64,000 bases of DNA from the NCBI GenBank assembly GCA_038231135.1, contig JBBRLX010000004.1, positions 64,001-128,000 of the forward strand, given 5' to 3'. Shown here one piece after another: positions 43,803-54,200 of this stretch (positions are counted from its first letter, which is position 1; every line of letters starts with the position of its first letter). The DNA is from Candidatus Eiseniibacteriota bacterium. GTDB taxonomy: Bacteria; Eisenbacteria; RBG-16-71-46. The notes under the pieces were generated by a model. The model was not told the DNA's origin. It ran no database searches and saw nothing but the letters and a program-made list of their open reading frames with translations. The translations under genes and the position numbers were made by a program.

Positions 43803-44336
43803 GTGATGTCTTTGCAGCGACCGACGAGACTGCTCCTGTACGGGGCAGTCTTCGTTTTGGTGGCGGGGGTGGCCGGCTGCGGTTACAGCACGAGCCCCGC
43901 GCTGCTGCCGACCCACCTCAAGACCGTGGCGATCCCGGTGTTCGAGAACGAGACCAGCGAGTACACGCTCGAGCAGGACATCACGAACGCCGTGGTGCAG
44001 CGGTTCGTCGCCGACAATCATCTCAAGGTGGTCGACGAACGCGTGGCGCAGGCGGTGATCAAGGGCAAGATCAAGACCTACCGCAATTCCGTGTTCGGCA
44101 TCTCGGCCGGCACCACGCGGGCCGAGGAGTACCGGGTCGCGATCACCGTGTCGGTGACGTTCAAGGATCTCGTCAAGAACCGCGAGCTGTGGAGCGAAGA
44201 GAACCTCGAGAAGACCGCCAACTACTACGTCACCGACGTACCGGGCCAGCCGGCCAAGACGGAGCTCGATGGACGCAAAGAAGCCATCACGAAAATCGCC
44301 GACGAAATCCTCAGCCGCTCCGTCCAGGGCTGGTAG
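43803..44336 (+). CDS. lptE: LptE-family lipoprotein
   Basis: Lipobox VAGCGY, TVAIPVFENET; adjacent to holA and leuS. Confidence 0.75.
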   Translation: MMSLQRPTRLLLYGAVFVLVAGVAGCGYSTSPALLPTHLKTVAIPVFENETSEYTLEQDITNAVVQRFVADNHLKVVDERVAQAVIKGKIKTYRNSVFGISAGTTRAEEYRVAITVSVTFKDLVKNRELWSEENLEKTANYYVTDVPGQPAKTELDGRKEAITKIADEILSRSVQGW

Positions 44337-44445
44337 CGGGGAGACGACCCCCGCGTCGCGCGCGGCGGGCCGTGGCGCGACTGCCGGCCGGGCGCGCAGC
44401 GCACCCCGGACGGCACCACGCGGCACCGGCGCCGGCTTCGCCGCC

Positions 44446-45375
44446 ATGGTCGCGCGCTGGGAGCAGGGCACGTTCCCATCGTCGCTCTACCTCGAGGGCC
44501 CGAGCGAATCGATCAAGCACGCGCTGCTCGACGAGCTGAAACGCGCGTGGGTGGCCAGGCATTCCGGCGTGCTCGCGCGGGTGTATCGGGCCGCTGAAGC
44601 CGGCGTGGACCAGATCCTGGCTGCCTATCAGAGCACTTCGCTGTTCAGCTCGTCCGAGCTCTTGATCGTGCTCGACATCGAGGACCTCGGCCGCAGCGAG
44701 AAGAAGGTGCTGGCACTCGCCCAGGGCATCGAGTCGGGCGGCGGTGAGTCGTGCCTGGTGCTGCTCGAATCGGCCGGGGACAACGAGCGCAAGTCGCTCG
44801 CCCCGCTGCGGTCCGCATGCGGCGAGCACGTGCTCGCCGCGTCGCTTACCCGCACCGAGTTGCGCGCGTGGGGCGAGCGCACGCTCGCGCGCCAGCACGT
44901 GTCGGCCGGACCCGGCGCCGTGGACGCGATCGTGGATGCGTGCGAAGGCGACCCGCTGGCATTCTTCAACGAGCTCGAAAAACTATCGGCATGGGCCGGC
45001 GACGGCGGCCGCATCACCGCAGCCGACGTGGCCGAGCTGCTCAAGCCGGTCGTCGGCGCCGACCTGCCCGAATATCTGGGCGCCGTGGCACTCGGACACT
45101 CGAGCCTCGCCGCGCAACGCCTGGGGCGACTGCTCGCCGCCGGCGTGGGGGAGGGCACCATCCTGTTCGCCCTGTCGAACCTCGTGGGCGGCGCCATGGG
45201 TGGCTGGGCGCGCTGGCGGGACCTGTCGGGCGCCTACCGCCGCCGCATGTCGCCGGTCGAGCTGAACCGCGCGCTGGACGCCGTCTATCGGGCCGAGTCC
45301 GCGTGGAAGGGCGGGCGCGCCGATGTCGTGGCGCTGTTGGAGCAGACGACGCGGACGCTGAGCGGGGACGCGTAA
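44446..45375 (+). CDS. holA: DNA polymerase III delta subunit (divergent)
   Basis: YLEGPSE, SLFSSSELLIV, FNELEKL..W....IT..DV; synteny with lptE and leuS; start may lie upstream (ORF open from 44269). Confidence 0.75.
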   Translation: MVARWEQGTFPSSLYLEGPSESIKHALLDELKRAWVARHSGVLARVYRAAEAGVDQILAAYQSTSLFSSSELLIVLDIEDLGRSEKKVLALAQGIESGGGESCLVLLESAGDNERKSLAPLRSACGEHVLAASLTRTELRAWGERTLARQHVSAGPGAVDAIVDACEGDPLAFFNELEKLSAWAGDGGRITAADVAELLKPVVGADLPEYLGAVALGHSSLAAQRLGRLLAAGVGEGTILFALSNLVGGAMGGWARWRDLSGAYRRRMSPVELNRALDAVYRAESAWKGGRADVVALLEQTTRTLSGDA

Positions 45376-45541
45376 GCGGGTTTCCCGTAGCCGGACGCAC
45401 CGTCGCGTTGTGCTCTATTTGCAGTAGCCACGTCGTCCGGGTGCGGGCCAACTGGTTCCGGAACCAGTTGAGGCTCGCGGATCCGGACTTTCGACTCCCT
45501 CGCGTGACGCTCCCGCGCATTCCCGCTATTCTTCCCGCCTC

Positions 45542-47980
<2,439 letters not shown>

Positions 47981-48192
47981 TCGTGCGGTTCGTGGCGGCG
48001 CTGGTATAGTTGCGGTTGCTCCCGACGAAACAAAACGCGACTCGTGACCCGATCCTCCGGAGGTAGTAGCGGCCCAATGGCTTCCCTGTCGAAGAGTTAG
48101 ACGCAAGGGAAGAGCCGGCGATCGCCGGTACGTGACATCGCGCCCGCGGTGCCACCGTCGCTTGGGAAACCGCCTCCGAGGAGTCCTCGTTC

Positions 48193-49020
48193 ATGAACGG
48201 GAAACTGCCGCCACCGCTCACCGCGCCCGCCTGGGGCGTGCTCGCATTGCTGATCCTGCCCCTGATTCCAATCGCGAACGCCCGCGGAGACACGTTCTTC
48301 TCCGACGATTTCAACGGCTCGACGCTCGACGCGACCAAGTGGGAAACCACGATCGCCACCACCGGCGTCCGCTACATCGCGGGGGTCTGGACGATGCCGC
48401 CCGCGGACGCCCACTACGGCTCGATCGCCGTGCACGACTCGTGCGTATCGCTGACCAACACCTCGCCAACGCCATCGAGCCCGATGTTTCCCCTGATCTG
48501 GACCAACAAGGCATTCCCCGAACAGGGCGACTTCGAGATCGAGTTCCGGATGCGTTACACGAGCGGCGGATACTGGGGCGATGGCATCCGCATCATTCGC
48601 ATGCCCACCCCATTCAACCCCACGCAGGGGGACAGCACGTCGGCGGTGGGTGAGTACGTCCTGATGATTCACCAGGACAATCTCGACTGCAAAGGCCCGA
48701 ACGTGAGCCTGCTGGGCCCGCCCGGCGAAGGCGGTCCGGATCTGCCGTTCAACACCGACTGGCACACCTACCGGATGCGCTACGAGTCCGACAAGGCCAC
48801 GGTCTACATCGACAACGTGTTCTACGCCGGCCCGGTCCCGACGCCGCGGCCGAATTCGATCCAGCTCGGAGTCGGCGAGGTCGAGTGCTGCGGAGACTCG
48901 TGCTCCGCCAACGGCTGCTGGTGGACGTCGTACAATCTCGACTACATCCACGTGAAGACGCTGGGCACGACCGCCGCGAAGACGTCGACCTGGGGCGCCG
49001 TGAAGGCCCGCTATCGCTGA
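48193..49020 (+). CDS. Secreted concanavalin/LamG-like protein with C-terminal STWGAVKARYR motif
   Basis: GAGGAG SD; signal peptide; FSDDFNGSTLDATKW; DWHTYRM; ends TTAAKTSTWGAVKARYR. Confidence 0.75.
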   Translation: MNGKLPPPLTAPAWGVLALLILPLIPIANARGDTFFSDDFNGSTLDATKWETTIATTGVRYIAGVWTMPPADAHYGSIAVHDSCVSLTNTSPTPSSPMFPLIWTNKAFPEQGDFEIEFRMRYTSGGYWGDGIRIIRMPTPFNPTQGDSTSAVGEYVLMIHQDNLDCKGPNVSLLGPPGEGGPDLPFNTDWHTYRMRYESDKATVYIDNVFYAGPVPTPRPNSIQLGVGEVECCGDSCSANGCWWTSYNLDYIHVKTLGTTAAKTSTWGAVKARYR

Positions 49021-49066
49021 GATCGCCGCGTCCCTCGGCCGCGGATCGGGAGGGACGCTGAAGCCT

Positions 49067-50089
49067 GTGAATCGATGTGGGAAGACTGCGGGCCCGGGAA
49101 CGCTTGGGGGGAAGAGCGCCCGGGCCGCCGTGTTGCTGGCGCTGTGCATGGGACCGTCGGCCGCCGCCTTCGCAGGTTCACCGGCGCCCGATCCAGCGTA
49201 CGTCGCCGCACCCGCCGCCGAGTGGTCGTTGATCGTCGACAATGACGACTTCAACTTCTGGCAGCCACCCGCCGACCGGCCCGACTTCGGCTACACCCAC
49301 GGCACCGAACTAGACGCCAGCCTGTCCAGGGCGCCGAAGTGGCTTGCGCGACACACGCCAGCCTGGCTGGACGGCGGCACCCAAAGCGGCCCCGCGCGCC
49401 TCGAGCTTCGCGCCGCGCAGCGCGTCTATTCCCCGTGGCGCCTGCCCGCTGACCGCCCGTATGCCGGCTGGCTCGAGCTCGCCTGCGGCCTGCGCCACGC
49501 AGCCGCCGGTAGCAACCGGGAAGCCATCCTGCATGTCGGCGTCACCGGCCCCGCGAGCCGGGCCGCCGCGATCCAGCGCTGGATTCACCGTCACTTCGAT
49601 CACGGCGCACTGCCTGACTGGAGCCACCAGCTTCCGCAGGAACTCGGCATCGGCATCGAGACGTCGGGAGCCCGGCGCACGTGGAGATCGGGCGGATCAT
49701 CCAGGTTCGCCGCAGCCGCCGGCCCCGAGTGGCGGGCAAGGCTCGGAACCTACGCCGTCGACCTGCGAGCCGGCCTGCAGACCGTAGCCGGCTGGAACGC
49801 CCCGGACGTGTGGGGAGACCCCACCACGCGATCCGGCCCCGCGTTCTACGCGATGCTAGCCGGCAGGACCGACCTGATTGTCCGCGACGAATTTCTGGAA
49901 GGCACCTGGTCACGACCGAGCCCCGGAGTGTCGGCCACACCGATCCCGTTGGTACCCGAACTAGAGACCGGCATCGGCCTGGGCGTAGGATCCGCGCGCC
50001 TGGAATGGCGAATCCACCGCCGCGCCAAGGAATTCCGACACCAACCCGAACTCCACACATATTCCACGTTGGCCCTGAGCTGGCGGTAG
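49067..50089 (+). CDS. LpxR/DUF2219-family outer-membrane beta-barrel (lipid A deacylase-like)
   Basis: DND...D.GYTHG, DRPYAGWL, GVTGPAS.A..IQ..IH, W.HQL; aromatic residue near the C-terminus. Confidence 0.8.
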   Translation: MNRCGKTAGPGTLGGKSARAAVLLALCMGPSAAAFAGSPAPDPAYVAAPAAEWSLIVDNDDFNFWQPPADRPDFGYTHGTELDASLSRAPKWLARHTPAWLDGGTQSGPARLELRAAQRVYSPWRLPADRPYAGWLELACGLRHAAAGSNREAILHVGVTGPASRAAAIQRWIHRHFDHGALPDWSHQLPQELGIGIETSGARRTWRSGGSSRFAAAAGPEWRARLGTYAVDLRAGLQTVAGWNAPDVWGDPTTRSGPAFYAMLAGRTDLIVRDEFLEGTWSRPSPGVSATPIPLVPELETGIGLGVGSARLEWRIHRRAKEFRHQPELHTYSTLALSWR

Positions 50090-50147
50090 CCGGAGGAAGG
50101 GAGCCAAAGGCGACCCTGACCCCGTAATGGGGGAGCAGCGTTATCCA

Positions 50148-50195
50148 ACATTATGCAAACCTATCCGGCAAAGCCCGGATAGGTTTACATAATGT
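50148..50195. repeat. 21-bp inverted repeat that includes the XerD arm of dif
   Basis: ACATTATGCAAACCTATCCGG-caaagc-CCGGATAGGTTTACATAATGT, 1 mismatch. Confidence 0.9.
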
Positions 50196-50209
50196 ATCTT
50201 ATGCGACAT
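50182..50209 (-). other. dif site (XerC/XerD chromosome dimer resolution)
   Basis: Minus strand ATGTCGCATAA-GATACA-TTATGTAAACC versus E. coli dif GGTGCGCATAA-TGTATA-TTATGTTAAAT; AT-rich intergenic region; gene orientation converges here. Confidence 0.8.
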
Positions 50210-50248
50210 GCATCTCCAGCGACCCACGGGCCGCCGAACCCACTTCAT

Positions 50249-50992
50249 CTACTCGTCCATCTTCTTCCACACCCGTTTGAACTCCACCGCCGGGCGATCA
50301 CCCATGGCCGGGATGCTGATCACGGACACTAGTTCCGTTCCGCCGCCCTCCTCCATGATCCGCTGCGTCGGCCCCGGCCGGTTCGCGCTACCCGGCCGCG
50401 TCACGATCAGCGTGTCGCCCTGCCAGGTGCCGCTCATCACCCGGGCGCCGGGTGCGTGCGCCAGCGAGTCGGGAGCGCCGTCGAGGGTCGTGATCTCCTC
50501 GAGCACCGTGCCCGTGGAATCCTCGAAGCTCACGAGCGTCTCGGTTTGCGTGACGTGCATCACGTCGGGCAGCCGTACGGGGCGAGCTGCGCCTTCGGGT
50601 CGCGCACCTCCCTGTGCTGCGTCGCCGTCGGCACCGCCGCCACCGCCGCCACGCGCGCCGCGGCCACCGCCACCGCCGCCGCGTCCGCCCCAACCACCAC
50701 CGCCGCCCATTCCACCGCCGCCACCACCCCAGCCTCCACCGCCGCCGCCACGCCCACCGCGACCGCCGCCACCGAATCCGCCGCCACCACCGCCACCGCC
50801 GCCGCCACGACGCCCGCGCTCGCCGGAGCCGCCACCACCGCCGGGTCCCGGCTCGGCGTCGCTGTGCTTCGCATCGAGCCGCCACATACCCGTGAGATTG
50901 GGTGGGCCCGCCGCGTCGTCGGCACGGACACGTGTCGCTGAAGCAGGGAACATCACGGCCAGGGCCACGACAGCCAGCAACGATCGGCGCAT
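50249..50992 (-). CDS. Secreted protein with a long Gly/Arg-rich insert
   Basis: GGAGG SD; signal peptide MRRSLLAVVALAV; PNLTGMWRLD..HSD; poly-G/RGG tract; KRVWKK C-terminus. Confidence 0.75.
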   Translation of the reverse strand: MRRSLLAVVALAVMFPASATRVRADDAAGPPNLTGMWRLDAKHSDAEPGPGGGGGSGERGRRGGGGGGGGGGFGGGGRGGRGGGGGGWGGGGGGMGGGGGWGGRGGGGGGRGARGGGGGGADGDAAQGGARPEGAARPVRLPDVMHVTQTETLVSFEDSTGTVLEEITTLDGAPDSLAHAPGARVMSGTWQGDTLIVTRPGSANRPGPTQRIMEEGGGTELVSVISIPAMGDRPAVEFKRVWKKMDE

Positions 50993-51188
50993 GCGAAACC
51001 TCCGTGAGATCAGTGGGGCGAAGGCTCGAAACGCTAGCACCGGATGCCCATGCTACGTAGCGCCGATTGCCATGCGCGCGCAGAGTTTTCGCACGACTGA
51101 CACGGGGGTATTCATGTCGCGATTCTGACGAACGATGACGAATGCTTACATGAGCATGATCATGTGGGTGCGCTGCGCGTACCCACAG

Positions 51189-51218
51189 CGAAGGCCGGCC
51201 CTTGCGGGCCGGCCTTCG
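51189..51218 (-). terminator. Stem-loop downstream of the large beta-helix gene
   Basis: Perfect 13-bp stem CGAAGGCCGGCCC/GGGCCGGCCTTCG with a GCAA loop on the minus strand; no clear U-tract. Confidence 0.55.
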
Positions 51219-51245
51219 ACTGCGTTCGATGAACCCTGCTGCCGA

Positions 51246-54200
51246 CTATCTCGCCAGCACCACGCGCTGAACGAAATTCTTGCCGGGCGTTTCGAAGCGG
51301 ACGAAGTAGACCCCCATCGGCACCGTCCCGCGGTCCGACCGTCCATCCCACGTGATCTGATAGCGGCCCGGCTTGAAGGCGCCCTGAGCCAGCGTCGCCA
51401 CCGTCCGGCCCTGCAGATCCAGCACGATCAGCCGCACCCTCGCGTCCCGCGCGACCGAGAACTCCATATTCATCGGCCCCGTGGTCGGGTTCGGCCGCGC
51501 CGCACTCATCGCGAACTCTCGCGGCAGCGCCGCCTCGGCCTTGACCGGTCCGAACACCGCCTGCGTGCCGGTGTTGGTCGTCGCCACCAGGCGGTACCAG
51601 TAGCTGCGGCCCGCGACCGCCGTGTTGTCCACGACCACCGTCGCGCCGCTCTCGTCGTGACGATCGCCCAATACGGCGAGCCACGGCCCCGTTTCGATTT
51701 CGGAGCGCTCGAGACCGACCACGGTGAACAATCCGCCCTTCAGCGACCAGTGCACCGTAACGCCCGCGTCCGACGCCTCGGCATCGAATCTCGACAGCAG
51801 GACATCGGTCGGGCCCGGATCGATCGTGAACGTCGCGTCGCTCACGTCCGAAATCGTATTGCCGCCGTCGTCGATGCCCTCGACACGGAACAGCGCCGTG
51901 GTCGTCATCGGCCCGGTCACGTTCCACGTCAGCGAACCGTCGTTATCCGTGACGCCGCCCGGGGAATCCGGGGTGACGATCGGTGAGTACGTGGCGCCGT
52001 TATCCCTCGACAGCAACAGCTTCACCTTTCCCGGAGGCACTCCCCCGCCGACGATCGTCGCCGACCACACCAGCTTCACGTCGGAGCCGATTAGGAAGTC
52101 CTCCCCACCATTCGGGAAGATCACGGTGACCGAGGATCCGCCGAGCGTCCCGCTGCACGCCGGTGAGCCGGTGATCGAACCGTTCAACCACGGATGGAAG
52201 CTCGTCGTTCCGGTGACCGGGCTGCCCGTGCCACCCGGGTTCAACCCGGTGGTCGGACCGGTCACGCTGCCCCACCAGTTGCAGGTGGCGTCCAGCTGTC
52301 CCGGCCCCGAGTAGCCGCTGATCACGCCCACGCCGTACTGGGTGTCGTTGACCAGGTCGTTGTGGTTGATCTTGATGTTGCTGTTGTCGCCGTACCCGTA
52401 GCCGTCGTCTTCGACCCGGACACCGCGCATGTTGTTCTTGATGAAGTTGTCCTTCACCACCACGGCCGTGCAGGCACCGGTGAACGCGAGCCCGGTGGCG
52501 CCCGCGGGCAGCGAGGTCGTGATCGTGTTGGCGCTGAACGTCCCGGTCGTGATCGAGATCGTGTAGACGCCGTAGGTGTCGTGCACGTTGTTGGACTGGA
52601 ACACCAGGCTCTTGTGCACGCCCGCCGCCGTCGCCGCGAAGATCACCGGGTTGTTGTCGGTGTGGCCGGTGAACTCGTTGGTCTTGACCGTCAGCTTGTT
52701 CGTGTACTCGGAATAGATGCCCGAGCCGCCCGACGGGCCGGGCAGGTTGTTGGCCTTGATCAGGTTGCAGGTGATCGCAGACGCGTCGCTGCAGTTCGCG
52801 TAGATGCCGATCGTGTTGTTGGTGATCACGTTGTTCACGACCGACAGGCTCTTGTTGGCCGCGGACATCACGACACCGGCGTTCCCGCCGTTCTGGCCGT
52901 TGATGACCTTGAAGCCGTCGAGCGATGCGCCGTCGGCGACGAGCGTCACGGCGGCTCCCGTGAAGTTGCCGTCGATGATCGTCTCCGGACCCCGCGCCCC
53001 GCCGTTCGCCGCGCACTTGCCGGCATTGTTACCCTGCAGCTTGACCCCCTTGTTGACGACCACGTTCTCCTGATACGTGCCCGCCGGCGCGAAGATGATG
53101 TGGCCGGCAAGCGTCTGGGGAGCGTCGATCGCCTGCTGGATGGTCGGGTACGTGCGCGAGGTCGTGAGATTCACCACCCGGAACACGCCGATGCACGCCG
53201 CCGGACCGGTGCTCGATGCGTTGAGCCACGGCTGGAAGTTCGTGGTCCCGAGAATCTGGCTGCCCGTGCCACCCGGGTTCAACGGCCCGCTCGGACCGCT
53301 GACGCTGCCCCACCAGTTGCAGGTGGCCAGCAGTTGCCCCGGCCCCGAATAGCCGCTGATCACGCCGAGCCCGTACTGGGAGTCGTTGACCAGGTCGTTG
53401 AACCGGACCGTGATGTTGTTGCTGGACCCGTAGCCGTAGCCGTCGTCCTCGATCCGGACGCCGCGCTTGCTGTTGTTGATCACGTTGTTCCTGACCGTCA
53501 CGTTCGTGCAGGCGCCGGCGAACGCGAGCGCCGTGGCCCCCGCGGGCAGCGACGTCGTGATCGTGTTGTTCTGGAACGTCCCGGTCGCGATCGAGATCGT
53601 GTAGACCCCGTACGTGTCGTGCACGTTGTTCCCCAGGAATTGCAGGGAGTTGTGCACGGCCGGGCCCGTCGCTGCGAAGATCACGGGGTTGTTGTCGGTG
53701 TGTCCCGTGAGCTCGTTGGTCTGGACCGTCAGGTTGTTGGTGTACTCGGAATAGATGCCCGCGCCGCCCGACGGGCCCGGCAGGTTGTTCGCCTTGATCA
53801 AATTGCAGTAGATCGACGACGCGTCGCTGCAGTTCGCGTAGATGCCGATCGTGTTGTCGTCGATCACGTTGTTCAGCACGCCCAGGTTCTTGTTGGCCGC
53901 GCTCATGAACACGCCGGCGTTGCCGCCGTTCTGGCCGTGAATGACCTCGAACCCGTCGAGCGTGGCGCCATCGGCGGCGAGCGTCACCGCGGCGCCCGTG
54001 AAGTTGCCGTCGATGATCGACTCGGGCCCGCGCGCCCCGCCGTTCGCCGCGCAGGCGCCGGCATTGGCGCCCTGCAGCGTGACCGACTTGTTGACGAAAA
54101 CGTTCTCCTGGTACGTCGCGGGGCCGGCCTGGATGGTGTGCCCGTCCAGGGTCTGCGGCGCATCGATCGCCAGCTGAATGGTCGGGTACGTCAGGCCGGT

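Noticed and set aside
50148..50209. Integron attC interpretation of the hairpin
   Set aside because: No RYYYAAC/GTTRRRY core pair or extrahelical-base pattern, and no intI; the dif consensus fits better.
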